Source: Octopus vulgaris | Taxonomy: Eukaryota | Direction: 5' to 3' | Assembly (NCBI GenBank): GCA_951406725.2 | Contig: OX597824.1 | Span: forward strand, 75,950,001-76,014,000 | DNA length: 64,000 bases | Translations under genes and position numbers: made by a program | Part shown: positions 26,301 to 39,770 of the stretch, in pieces | Layout: each line of letters begins with the position of its first letter | Position numbering within the stretch: the stretch's first letter is position 1 | Notes under the pieces: model-generated | The model's input: the letters and a program-made list of their open reading frames with translations, nothing else | Database searches by the model: none | What the model was told of the DNA's origin: nothing

Positions 26301-26708
26301 GGCGCAGGAGTGGCTGTGTGGTAAGTAGCTTGCTAACCATCCACATGGTTGCGGGTTCAGTCCCACTGCGTGGCATCTTGGGCAAGTGTCTTCTGCTATA
26401 GCCCCGGGCCGACCAATGCCTTGTGAGTGGATTTGGTAGACAGAAACTGAAAGAAGCCTGTCGTATATATGTATATATATATATATATGTGTGTGTGTAT
26501 ATGTTTTTGTGTGTCTGTGTTTGTCCCCCTAGCATTGCTTGACAACCGATGCTGGTGTGTTTACGTCCCCGTCACTTAGCGGTTCGGCAAAAGAGACCGA
26601 TAGAATAAGTAGTGGGCTTACAAAGAATAAGTCCCGGGGTCGATTTGCTCGACTAAAGGTGGTGCTCCAGCATGGCCGCAGTCAAATGACTGAAAAGAGT
26701 AAAAGAGT
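26301..26708 (+). mobile_element. SINE family A
   Basis: GGCGCAGGAGTGGCTGTGTGG head through to the AAAAGAGT tail. Confidence 0.9.
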
Positions 26709-27449
26709 TATCATCAAGCAAAACTTGACAATTTTTTTTGTTTCAAAAGGAATACAAGATAAATCTATTTGAATTTGTAAATTTCTACATCGCTGTGTAG
26801 TTTTTATTATTCTTGTGTCTTATTTTGAACCTGAGGAAGACATACGTGTTGTCCAATAAACTGTGCAACAGGATTTTTGTCCTTGGATAGCAACTTATTT
26901 CCCTTTTGCTTACCCCTAGAAAGTTTGAAAAATGATTAATATTTCCTTCAAACTTTGCTTTTGTTACATTTATTCAACCCCCCAAAGAATCACTCTCCCC
27001 ACATGGCTATGATGCTCATTCCTCCCCTACTACTACTCCTGCTTGTGACCAGTGTTGCACATATTGTCAGCAACTAAGGGGCATGCATCAGTGGTTAAGG
27101 GTCAAGCAATTGACAAGCAAATCTGTGGTATTGAGCAGCTTTATTTGCTGTAATGCTATTTCTGCTTCAGCAACTGGAATATTTTGGAAAATAGGTCAGT
27201 TTTGAAACATTGATAACCAGGTCACAAAAGCAAAGTTTGAAGGGAATAGTAGTCATTTCCTTCGATTTCTAGATAGAAGCCAATCGGAAATAACACTTAC
27301 TAACCAAAGACAACAAACAAAAAAAGTAGAAGTTTTGTTACATAGTGTAATCAATGTTGATGTGTGTTTTTATTATATATTGAGCTCTTCTAACTGTATA
27401 TTTATTTTTGTGAAGAAATATGTTAAGCTTCATAAATTATCATTCATTC

Positions 27450-28100
27450 ATTAGGGTGGAGCAAACTGACAGAATCATTAGCATGCCTCATATTCTGAAT
27501 TCAAATTTCACCAAGGGCAACTTCGCCTTTCATCCTCTCTGGGTTGATAAATTAAGTACCACTCAAATACTGGGGTCGATGTTATCGACATAACCTCCTC
27601 CCTCGAAAGAATTACTATTATTATTATTATTGCTACTGCTAAGGTGGTGAGCTGGCAAAATTGTTAGCATGCTGGATAAAATGTTTAATGACATTTCATC
27701 TGTCTTTGTGTTCTGAGCTCAAATTGTGAGGTTGATTTAACTTTTCATGGTTTATGAAATAGGTACTGGTTAAGCATGGGATTGGTGCAGTCCACTATTT
27801 CCATCCACCCAAATTCAGGCCTTGTGCCTATAGTAGAAGGGATTATTATTATTATTATTATTGTTGTTGTTATTATTAAGACAGTGAACTGGCAGAATTG
27901 TTACTGTGCTGGGCAAAATGCTTACCGGCATTTTGTCTGTCTTGACGATCTGAGTTCAAATTCCATGGAGGTCAACTTTGCATTCCATCCTTTTGGGGTT
28001 GATGAAATAAGTACCAGTTATGCACTGGGGGTGATGTAATCAACTAATTCTCCCCACTTCCGAAAATAATTCAGGCCTTGTGCCTGTAGCAGAAAGGATT
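27450..28100 (+). mobile_element. Three degenerate Nin-core SINEs with (ATT)n spacers
   Basis: Same motifs as the 53280-57170 cluster. Confidence 0.7.
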
Positions 28101-28121
28101 ATTATTATTATTATTATTATT

Positions 28122-28681
28122 GTGTGAGAGAGCGGTGCATACCATCAAAGTGACACTGGGGTAAAATATACAAAGCCCAGTATACCCATCATGACTACCC
28201 GTCTGATAAGGGTACACCAGACACATGCATCACAACCATATGTGCACGACATAGTGATCTCATATCAAGATTATCAGCATATGACCTTGTAGGTGGGGCC
28301 CAGTTAGAATTTTTTTCAGGTCAAGTAGCCCATCCTGCTCAAAAGGTCCCTGGATAAGGGTTGTTTAAGGATGGTGAACAAAACACCCATGTTTCCAGAG
28401 GTGAATTATCCAAACCCCCAAAGAATTCCTCTTAACACATGGCTATGATGCTCCACCATTACTTCTGCTCATGATCAGAGATGCACATATTGTCAGCCAC
28501 TAAGGGACATGCTCAACTGGTTAAGGTCAAGCAACTACTAAACAAATTTGTAGTATTGAGCAGAATTTTTTGCTGCAGCCTATCTTTTGTACCAAGACAA
28601 AAAAAACAATGTACATGATAACACTTCCAGTCAGTTAAGATCAGAAGCCATGAGAACCATTGCCTATTACTGCATCAGGGC

Positions 28682-28683
<2 letters not shown>
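28122..28683. mobile_element. Unclassified interspersed repeat embedded in (ATT)n
   Basis: An inverted copy at about 45725-46150 and a partial copy at about 26970-27150 share long identical motifs (catggctatgatgctc, aagggacatgctcaactggtt). Confidence 0.7.
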
Positions 28684-28714
<31 letters not shown>

Positions 28715-29444
28715 TACTACTACTACTACTACTATTGCTACTATTGCAGGTTTTGAAACTATTTTGGTTGTTTGTTGCAAGGAAAATGAAAAATGTAGTT
28801 AGATCTCAAACTAGAAGAAAAACTGGAACTGTTGGACACCTTCTCTTCTAGATTTATGCCTTCGCAAAAAGCAAAATGCTTATTATTACCCCCCCCCCCC
28901 CAAAAAAAAAAACAAAAACAAAAAAAAAACAACATAATAATAATGGACATATATCATTTAACATTTTCATGAGTCGAATGCTTTGTTCATTTGTTTGTGC
29001 AATTTTTTTTTTACAGCTGGATGTCAACACGCTTCTCAAGATATGCAAATAAAAAAATTTTTTTTTTTGAATGGAACCTGTTGGTTTAACCTAGGCTAAC
29101 TGAAGCAAGTAGGGGTTGTTTACGTCTCTTTCTAGTTAGCATTTGCCAGAAGTGAGGTTTCTAATTTTAGGCAGAGGGCCCACAATTTTGAGGGAAAGGG
29201 TAGTAAGCTGATATCATTGACACCCCACTCCCTGTACTTGACTAAATTGACGCTGGCTGTCAAGCAGTGGTGAGGTGGACGGACGCACGCACGCACGCGC
29301 GCGCGCACGATGGGCTCATATCGGTTTCTGTCTACTAAATCCACTCACAAGGCTTTGGTCTGCCCATGGTGCCACACAGTTGGACTGAAACCATAACTAT
29401 ATAGTTAGGAAGCAAACTTCTTACCATACTCACACATATTTGCA

Positions 29445-29479
<35 letters not shown>

Positions 29480-29888
29480 GCGCAGGAGTGGCTGTGTGGT
29501 AAGTAGCTTGCTAACCAACCACATGGTTCCGGGTTCAGTCCCACTGCGTGGCATCTTGGGCAAGTGTCTTCTGCTTTAGCCCCGGGCCGACCAATGCCTT
29601 GTGAGTGGATTTGGTAGACGGAAACTGAAAGAAGCCTGTCGTATATATGTATATGTATATATATGTATGTGTGTGTTTGTGTGTCTGTGTTTGTCCCCCT
29701 AGCATTACTTGACAACCGATGCTGGTGTGTTTACGTCCCCGTCACTTAGCGGTTCGGCAAAAGAGACCGATAGAATAAGTACTGGGCTTACAAAGAATAA
29801 GTCCCGGGGTCGATTTGCTCGACTAAAGGCGGTGCTCCAGCATGGCCGCAGTCAAATGACTGAAACAAGTAAAAGAGTAAAGAGAGTA
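29480..29888 (+). mobile_element. SINE family A
   Basis: Full-length copy. Confidence 0.9.
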
Positions 29889-30629
29889 TATATATATATA
29901 TATATAAGGAATAGAGTAATTTCAACAATTGAGAACTCAGTACAATGGTGTTGGATTCAATCATCACCTAATGATATTAATCCATTTCTGTTTTGTGGTA
30001 GTAATGGAGAAGCAAGTCAGAATAATTCTTGATTTAATCTCGGTGCATTTGTTTAGGCATTTACATAAAATGTATTCTGCTTTTCCTTTTAAATTTAAAT
30101 TGTTTAGTGCATGTTTATGCCTATTCTAACAACATATGACACAACTCTGCTTCATGAAAGCATACAAAGCTCACTGTTAAAAAATAATATAAATAGATTG
30201 CTAAACATTTTCAGTGAATCCAAAGAAAGATTCCCTACTTAACACTCTTATCAATATTTTAATTATGCATTTACATTTTAAACATTTCAATGAAACATAG
30301 TTGGTTTAATAACTGAGATATTAATTTTACTATGCAAGACAAAGCTACATATGAAGATAATGCATTTCTCTTCTTCATTATTACTGTTGTTAGTTACATA
30401 AATATATAAGCATGGCTGTATGGATACAGTTTGTTTTGTACCTTTGTGCTTGTGAGTTCTATCTCACTGTTTGGCACCTTGAGTGTTTGTCTTTTCTATT
30501 GTAGCTTTGGGCTGACCAGTGACTTTGTTCGGGAGAATTGTTAGATGGAATTTGTATGAAGTTTCTCGTGTTGGTGTGTCTTTCTTTGCATTGGTGCCAT
30601 TTGAAAATTAAAGTATAAGAGGTGATCAT

Positions 30630-30905
30630 TATCATCATCATCATCATCGTTTAACGTCCGCTTTCCATGCCAGCATGGGTTGGACGATTTGACTGAGGTC
30701 TGGCGAACCAGATGGCTGCACCAGACTCCAATCTGATCTGGCAGTTTCTATAGCTGGATGCCCTTCCTAATGCCAACCACTCCGAGTGTGTAGTGGATGC
30801 ATTTATGTGCCACCGGCACAAGGGCTAGTCAGGCGGTACTGGCAATGGCCACGCTTAAATGGTGCCACCTGCACAGGAGCCAGTCCAGCGGCATTGGCAA
30901 TGACC
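30630..30905 (-). mobile_element. SINE 3' portion with RTE-like (GAT)n tail
   Basis: catcgtttaacgtcc..ccatgc..gctggatgcccttcctaa motif, also seen at about 2890-3030, 22230-22410 and 63940-64000. Confidence 0.7.
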
Positions 30906-31246
30906 AGTTTCTCCTGTGAACAGACCATTTGATGGCTTTGTACTTTTCAAGAGCTATGTAAAAAGAGAGACTTTATTTGATAAACAGGTGGGGGTTTGTG
31001 ATAGGAAGGGCTGTAAAACAATACTCATTCTCCACCATGATCACATAGGGGTGGAGGGGACAACAAAAAAAATCCACATAAAATGTTATTTATCTTTTAT
31101 TTGTTTCAGTTGTTGGTCTGCAATTCCAGTATTTATTTTTTAAGCCTGGTTTCATGCAAGACAGTTTTTCTGCAGACAATAAAAAATTACACATAACAGA
31201 GTAAAGTATATAATATATAATTTAATTACTACATATTTAACACATA

Positions 31247-31407
31247 GGCGCAGGAGTGTCTGTGTGGTAAATAGCTTGCTTACCAACCACATGGTTCAGG
31301 GTTCAGCCCCACTGCATGGCTCCTTGGGCAAGTGTCTTCTGCTATAGCCTCAGGCCGACCAAAGCCTTGTGAGTGGATTTGGTTGACGGAAACTGTGTAT
31401 GTATGTG

Positions 31408-31438
<31 letters not shown>

Positions 31439-31660
31439 ATGTGTGTGTGTATATGTTTGTGTCTGTGTTTGTCCCTCCAACATCGCTTGACTACCGATGC
31501 TGGTGTGTTTATGTCCCTGTAACTTAGTGGTTTGGCAAAAGAGACTGATAGAATAAGTACTAGGCTTACAAAGAATAAGTCCTGGGGTCGATTTGCTCGA
31601 CTAAAGGCGGCGCTCCAGCATGGCTGCAGTCAAATGACTGAAAGAAGTAAAAGAGTAAGA
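31247..31660 (+). mobile_element. SINE family A
   Basis: Full-length, slightly diverged copy. Confidence 0.85.
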
Positions 31661-33176
31661 GCGAGAGTATATATAATACAGAAATACTTTGCAGACTGCA
31701 ATAGTCAATAAAATAGAAATAAGGTTTAAGAATTTATTCTTTCTTTGTGGTCTGATACCAAATGATCCATGGCCTGTTACTGGTTCACAGCATGGTGTTA
31801 GGGGAACTCCGCATTTGAGAATTGTTTGGAGTTCACTGTGGCACTTTTGATTCGTGTATATATGCTCTCTGTCCATTCTGTTCAGTCTTACAGCATCTGC
31901 TCAACCTTGATCAAGACCCATGCTATGTATATATTCTCGGATAAACAATTACTGCATCGAGATCCATAATTGTGTATTTGCTAAACCATCCGGTGTTAAG
32001 GACAATAATGCACCTTCTGATTTGAGGTTGTTAATTGTTTAATTAGCCTGTTCCTTAATGAAGTTAGGTTTCACATACTATATTAAGGTCTTTAATTGAA
32101 TTTATTTCTGGTTGTTAATCAATCATTAATCAACCTATGTTTATTGTTAATGATGCTTAGATGAGTCAAATTATAAGAAAATGTTAAAAATAGAAAGGTT
32201 TTGCATTTGGATGATATTCTAGCATGGAAGCAATAATAATGTTTGGTGGTTGTTGTAGGAATTAGAATTATTGACATTTAGGTGTTCCTTTACATTATGG
32301 TTGTAAACTCGAAGGGATAAAAGAATATAAGCTGAAACCATTTACAGAATATACAGGCACTGTTTGCTTTGGGACCATGTGGTTTCAAGTTCTGTCCTGC
32401 AGCTCAACATGGGCAAATGTCTTCTTCTATTGCTGCAGACTGACCAATCCTTTGTGAGTGAATTTGTTGGCAGAATCGTTAGCAAGCCAGGCAAAATGTT
32501 TTTCACGGCATTTAGCTTGTCTTTATGTTCTGAGGTCAAATTTCTGCTGAGGTCCACTTTGCTTTTCATCCCTTTGGGGTCGATAAAATTAATTATAGGA
32601 ATACATCAACTCTGGTCATTTGCTGTGGGATTTCAATCCAGGATGCCAGGGTGCCCTAAAAGAGATTTTTGACTGTTGCAAACTTTTGGTTTTGTCGTGG
32701 AATTCCTTTCTCTGTAGAGAAATTAAAATATGGTTTGCCTTTATTTCTAGAGTAGTTTTGGAGTTCTCCATCTTCATCATCTTCATCTTGTACTTTACCT
32801 GATGGGGGTGGGAGTGGGGATGAGAACCAGTGTATGTATAGGCCGTGGTGGTGGTGGTGGTGTTGGTGAAGGGGAGGGTCCTTCACTTTGTATTGAAATC
32901 GATTCATAGTGGGTGGTTGTTGGGGAGGCATCTTCTAATTTGTTGTAAACACACTTCTCACAATTTCGCACACTTTGAAAGCATGCGTTCGTACACATAC
33001 ACCACTTGCTTGCGTATACGCATGCCAATCAATTCAAGCACATGCTCACAGACAGATATTGATAGCTATTTAAAGTGATGCTGTAATTACTGAATGCAAC
33101 TTAGCATGTTATATGCCATCAGTTGTCACGGCAACAAGCAACTATTTACAACAGCAACACCAACAACAATTATGCT

Positions 33177-33207
<31 letters not shown>

Positions 33208-33351
33208 TAATAATGGTGTCTGTTTGCACGTCTCCAATAATAATAGAATGTTTGTGTCTGCAATTGAAATTTACTGTTGAAATATAATTAGTGTTCCATC
33301 AATTAATTTTAAACGAGAAAATTTTGTTAACTTATAAGTTTTCGCTTGCAG

Positions 33352-33421
33352 AGGTGAATTGAATATAGAATGCAGAAATTGGGAAGAAATTGCTTTGTTC
33401 CTTGATAACGCTAGTCACTGA
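33352..33421 (+). CDS. Candidate short phase-2 terminal exon (GELNIECRNWEEIALFLDNASH*)
   Basis: Acceptor ttttcgcttgcag|A. Only the phase-2 frame stays open, the same phase as the HARBI exon. The stop codon falls in an adjacent SINE remnant. Confidence 0.25.
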
Positions 33422-33561
33422 ATTGTGGCCATGCTGGAGCACTCCCCTCAATTATTATTATTATTATTTTTTTTTTTTTTTTTTGGAGCCTGTCTCATTG
33501 CTCCAATGTTAGTCAAGTGTTTCTTCTGAGTAGTTAAGTTGTTGTTTGATGTAAAGAGACA

Positions 33562-34015
33562 CAGGTGGCTGTGTGGTTAAGAAGTTAGTCTCTTGACCAT
33601 GTGGCTTTGGGTTCAGTTCCATTGCGTGGGACCTTGGGTAGTTGTAATTATTATAGCTCGTGGCCCTGTGGTAAGTAGCTTGTTTACCAACCACATCGTT
33701 CTGGGTTCAGTCCCACTGCGTGGCACCTTGGGCAAGTGTCTTCTACTATAGCCTCAGGTCAACCAAAGCCTTGTGAGTGGATTTGGCAGACAGAAACTGA
33801 AAGAAGCCCATCGTATATATGTAAATATATATGTGCGTGTATATGTTTGTGTGTGTGTGTTTGTCCCCCCAACATAGCTTGACAACCGATGCTGGTGTAT
33901 CTACGTCACCGTAACTTAGCAGTTCAGCAAAAGAGACCGATAGAATTAGTGCTAGGCTTACAAAGAATAAGTCCTGGGGTCGATTTGCTTGACTAAAGGC
34001 GGTGCTCCAGCATGG
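33562..34015 (+). mobile_element. SINE family A (a head fragment followed by a near-complete copy)
   Basis: Two A/B-box heads at about 33565 and 33660, then the family body. Confidence 0.8.
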
Positions 34016-34814
34016 TTAACTGCGTTTTGAAGTCTGACGTTCATGCTGGTAATGATGGTCCGGGCTATATTATACATAGTTTACTCGGTTCAGTAAGGTG
34101 TCATCCAAGCTGATGTTTATTGGTAATTAAACTTAATTTGCAATACCTGTGCATATTTATCGGTTTTGTTTTTGTTGATAATTCTTGTCAACACCTTTTC
34201 CTGTGATTGTGATTTGAGAAGACATACAGCAGTATGCTAAAGATGGGACATCATCTCTTGTGGGCAACAAATGTAAAATAAAGTTTATTATAAACAACAC
34301 TTTGTAATTTAGTAGCTTTTAATGTGATACCTGTGTTAAACAGAAATTATTTTTACTTAATGGAAATTTAATAGAAATCTTATAAGTAAGTGAAATTATG
34401 CTAAATAGAACTAAATTGAAAACCTTTTTCCCCTAGCCATATTGGCAATTCTGAAAACTTTTGGGTGTGAATTTTACACGAGTAGAAGTTTTTTTTTAAC
34501 ATTTTTATCCTGAAAATGGTATATACATTGAAAATATTTTGCTTAGGCATACCGATACTAATAACCTGGTGTTAGAACTCAGTATCTATATGCTTCAGAA
34601 TAATGTGTGGCTGTGTACGGAGCATAATATGAAATTAAATAAATGACCAAGGAAGAGAAATTTATTCAATAAACTTCATTAGCTTACAACTGTTTCTGCT
34701 GTTTAAGATGCATGAGCACTCAGAGCTGAGTGGTTTTGCATCACCTTATAGCTTTCTCAGAGCTTCTAAAATGAAGTGTTAAGTTTTTTGTGAAAACACA
34801 CACACACTGTCTCT

Positions 34815-34849
<35 letters not shown>

Positions 34850-35603
34850 CCCTCTCTCTCTTTCTCACACACACACACACAGCTGTAATGGATAAGAAAC
34901 TTGTTTCCCAGCCACGTGGTCATCAGATCGGTCCCACAGCACGTTGGTCATATGTCTTCTAATACAACCCTGAGATTTGGTGGAGGGAAATCTAGTCTTT
35001 CAACTGAAATAATTAAATAAAACTTGACTGAAATTTTTATTATTTTTCTCACTATTTCTATGATGAAATTTCTTTCCTTTTCACATTAAATATTCTCCTC
35101 ACCTCTCCTGCTGTCTCTCCCAGTTCAGTATTTATCTGCCAGGCAGCCCCTTTTCTTGTGTGAAGTTGAAAGTAAAATAAAGAAGGAAAAACTAATTATT
35201 AGTTAATCATCTTGGCTATGATTCTTAACAATTGGCTGTGTTTATAATTAATTATAAAATAACAATTTTATTACTAATTAGTGTTTCTATTATTGCCAAA
35301 ACCATTACAACCAGCTTGGCTCCTCTCTTTCAAACATGGATGTTTCCAGCTCAATCGACTGGACCTTTTACTTTAGTCACTGGTCAGTCCCTATTAAGTA
35401 GACCTATGGTCAAAGGAATTCAGACCATGGTCATCCTGTTTGTCTAACAGTATATACTCCATAGTATATATCCAATGTTTCCTTTTCTGAGACTTTTTTT
35501 TTCTAAACATGCTTTGTGCATTCTTGTGCATCATTTTTCTTTCTTTGTTTCTTTCTCTTCCTTCCTTCCTTCCATCCATCCATCCAAAGTAGAAACAGTA
35601 CTG

Positions 35604-35811
35604 TACTCTCTTTACTTTTTTACTTGTTTCAGTCATTTGACTGCGGCCATGCTGGAGCACCGCCTTTAATCGAGTAACTCGACCCCGGGACTTATTCTTT
35701 TGTAAGCCCAGTACTTATTCTATCGGTCTCTTTTGCCGAACCGCTAAGTAACAGAGATGTAAACAAACCAGCATCAGTTGTCAAGCAATGCTAGGGGGAC
35801 AAACACACACA

Positions 35812-35855
<44 letters not shown>

Positions 35856-36020
35856 TACGACGGGCTTCTTTCAGTTTCCATCTACCAAATCCACTCGCAA
35901 GGCTTTGGTCGGCTCGAGGCTATAGTAGAAGACACTTGCCCAAGGTGCCACGCAGTGGGACTGAACCCGGAACCATGTGGCTGGTAAACAAGCTACTTAC
36001 CACACAGCCACTCCTGCGCC
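35604..36020 (-). mobile_element. SINE family A
   Basis: Full-length copy. Confidence 0.9.
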
Positions 36021-36330
36021 TATATATTTTCTTTTATTATTTTTATAATTTCTATATATTTACAAACAATTGCAGTGTTGAAGGTGTTTATAAGCCATTT
36101 AAGAAACACACAAAAACTGTTACATTCACTTCAACATTTAAATTTAATTTGTTGAAATATTTTCGTCACTTTGAGACCGCGATCTGTTCACTGACAAAAC
36201 TTCGTGCTGCATCTATATATATATATATATATATATATAGATGCATATATATTTATTTTATTAGAAATGCAAAACAACACCACAGGGGAATTGACGTAAG
36301 ATTAAATAATAAACCACAATATGGCAAGGG

Positions 36331-36387
<57 letters not shown>

Positions 36388-37288
36388 TTTCATTTTTGTC
36401 TACCAAATCCAGTGACAAGCTATGGTTGGCCTGAGACTATAGAAGAAGTTCCTTACCCAAGGTATCATGGAGTGGGCATGGGAGTTGGGAACTCTGAGAC
36501 AACATGTTTGGAAAAGAAATTTCTTAACCAGACAGTTACTCTTGTAGTTTATTATGAATGTTTCTATTAGAGCGAGCCAGTCGTTTGTGATTCATATTTC
36601 CTTGCTTGTGCCTCCATTTAGATATTTGTGTACATTAGTGGATTTATGTTAGATTTGTTTTTCAGTGGAAATTACTAAAAAGAAGGAGGGATTCTTTTAT
36701 GAAATTATAAAGGGCCTTGGCACATCATCTGATGTGTTTCCTTCCTGATCACCAGAAATACAATGTCGTACTGGTATTTTGACAAAGGCTATTGTTACCT
36801 GGTTTTTAAATATTGTATTCCAAAGAAAAATTGTACATGATGACATTGATGATGATGATGATGATCTCTGTCTGTCTGTCTGTCTCTCTTTCTCACACAC
36901 ATGCACACACACACACAGGTACCCCAACACTTTGTTCTGCTTACATTTTATTGGTACTGTTTAATTTTTATATCTATCATAATGGTTTATTCCACACACC
37001 TCCCACGAAACAAAGTGTAATGTTGTGCAGCCAATATTTGTTAAGTTGGTGTTTAGCATATTTAATTAGTACATTATCTAAAATCTAATTAAAAGAAAAA
37101 TAAATTACGTGATAAATATAGAAACCACATCAGTTCAATGACTGATATTTTAATTACTTTTGTGAGCTCAGAAGACAACTCCAGACATGTTTCTGTCTTA
37201 TTAAACCTCCTCATTGAAGCATAAACATCACTATACTTGCTGATATAGTGATGATAAAGTCTGTAAGTTGATATAAAATTGTAGTATA

Positions 37289-37686
37289 CTAGCAGTATTG
37301 CCCGGTGTTGCTCAGGTTTGTTTTCTTTTCGACCATTTAGAATTGGAACTTTTGAAAAGTAAACATTTTGCATGATGTAGCTTGTTATTCTCTTTAAGTG
37401 AACATTTTTCTGGTTGAAATACACCGAAAAATGGCGATACAACAGTAAAAAAATTGTAAAAAATAGGGATTTTCATTGAAAAAAAGCACCTTTTTGATGT
37501 AAATAATCTTTGGTCTTAACATGGTCCGATTTGAATTTTTTCTTCTACGGAATGAAGAGCAAGCCTTCTTCTATCATACTCTTAATTTTGGTCAACTTGC
37601 ACCGCAGGGTCTCGGAGGAGATAGTGTTAGGTGAAGGCCACCAAACCTGCCATACACAGACAACTTCAGCTTTATATATAGAGAGA
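37289..37686 (-). mobile_element. Non-autonomous Helitron
   Basis: On the minus strand it starts TCTCTCTATATATAAA, has a subterminal hairpin (CCTGAGCAACACCGGG), ends CTAG, and is inserted between A and T. Confidence 0.75.
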
Positions 37687-38021
37687 TTAGCTGGATGTTC
37701 AAGAACGAAATGTAGAGCAGATTTTCAACCCTGGGATCATCCTGATTCCAGACTGAAATACATGGGTCCCTGACGGACGGACGGACAGACGGACGGACAG
37801 AATTCCACATTTATTATTATAGATGACGATGTGTTAAACGTAGCATATTTTAAAATCCAGGTGTATTTTAATAATGATAATTTGCATCAACAATGTCAAC
37901 AGTAACTATTGGAAACTCATGAAAATAGCGACTGAACTGATTCGTTTAAAAATAATATTTATTTGCTTGCAAGGAAAGGTGTTTTGATAGTATCAGACTT
38001 ATTAATGAATTTGCATACAAG

Positions 38022-38700
38022 ATAATAATGAAATTATTGTATACAGTGTTCAGGTGCACCACAACTTGTCAGAAAGTGCAAATAAAGTACATGCAGTGAT
38101 GTACAAATGTCTGGAAAGAGAACAATGTATGAGTCAGATACATGCTTGCGTGTGTATGGAGGGGAGAAAATCAGGTGTAGTGTTGGCGAATCTCAGGAAG
38201 CATGGAAGTTTTGAAGGATTCAGTGCTCTGACAACTAACAACCGATGCCGGCAGTTTGTTCCATGCTTCAGCAACTCTCAGCGTGAAAAAAATGTTTCCT
38301 GAAGTCATGGGAGCTGCGCTGTTTTCTGACTTTGTAAACATGTCCACGGGTGTTAGACAGGTGGAGTTTGAAAAGGTGCTCAGAGTTATTGTTTAATAAT
38401 GAAATTATTGTATACAGTGCTCAGGTGCACCACAACTTGTCAGAAGTGCGTATAAAGTATATGCAGTAATGTACAAATGTCTGGGAATTGAACAGTGTAT
38501 GAGTCAGATACATGCTTGTGTGTGTATGGAGGGGAGAAAATCAGGTGTAGTGTTGGCGAATCTGAGGAAGCATGGAAGTTTTGAAGGATTCAGTGCTCTA
38601 ACAACTGATGCTGGCAGTTTGTTCCATGCTTCAGCAACTCTCAGCGTGAAAAAATGTTTCCTGAAGACATGGGAGCTGTGCTGTTTTCTGACTTTGTAAA
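38022..38700 (-). mobile_element. Two tandem 5'-truncated CR1-clade LINE 3' ends (about 38022-38393 and 38394-38700)
   Basis: The minus strand reads LFKLHLSNTRGHVYKV..RKHFF..RVAEAWNKLPASVV..SFK followed by a 3'UTR and (ATT) tail. The two units are near-identical. Confidence 0.8.
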
Positions 38701-39738
38701 TAAGAGTAATGTTCGTGTTATTGTTTATGTTCGTGATAGTATGTGTGTTTGAAAATGTTAACTGTGATCCGGTTCTCTGTCAGTCTGCCTGTCTCTGTCT
38801 GTCCCCACCCATTCTCGCTCGTTCGTTCCCGTTAAAACTGTTTCAATATAGCGTATTGATGATACAAGTACCAACTCTTGATTGGGAAAGTGCCTTACTA
38901 GAATCGATACAATTTTATTATTATAATTATAGACACAAGTCTTGATTCCTAAAACTTTACAGGTTAACTGTTTTGCCTGACCATCCGTAGTCATGTAATA
39001 ATAATTTCTCAGCACACGTCTATCCAACTTATCATACACGTCCAATAAGCAAAGATACCTCTTTCTTTACTACCCACAAGGGGCTAACCGCAGAGGAGAC
39101 AAACAAGGATAGACAAACGGATTACGTCGATTATATCGATCCCAGTGCGTAACTGGTACTTAATTTATCGACCGCGAAAGGATGAAAGGCAAAATCGACC
39201 TCGGCGGAATTTGAACTCAGAACGTAGCGGCTGACGAAATACGGCTACGCATTTCGCCCGGCGTGCTAACGTTTCTGCCAGCTCGCCGCCTCCAATAAGC
39301 AAAGATACCAATCGCATCGCTCACATACCAAAACACCAGATTTTTTTCTTCCAGCGGTTTTACTTTTTACCTGGGATCGTTATGGATTGATGTTGATGTT
39401 TAATGCTACCGCTGGCGCTCCCAGTAGTAACCATAGCTAAGGGTTGCGTTAAGCTAAATGAGTAGAGTATATCTCTGAAAATTTTGCTATCACCAATGAT
39501 GAATAGAAGTTTAAATGGTGCGTGTAAAACACCCGGTACATAGAACACAGCCAGTGAACTGAACTGGCCGCTGCAGTAATTTCACGTTCTCTTTTGTAGT
39601 TTGTCCCGGTTTAAAAAAAAAGAGGTGCCACATTGTCAGTTGCCTGAAAATCGGTGGTGTACTTGTACCGACATGTAAATCCCGTTGACTCATTCATGTG
39701 TCAAAACAAAATTTCAAGTTTTGTTTCACGGTCTGTTC

Positions 39739-39770
<32 letters not shown>

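Noticed and set aside
33352-33421. WEEIA as evidence of the Myb/SANT partner of the Harbinger protein
   Set aside because: A five-residue match in a 23-codon frame, with the other helices and conserved Trp residues absent. Kept only as a weak exon candidate.
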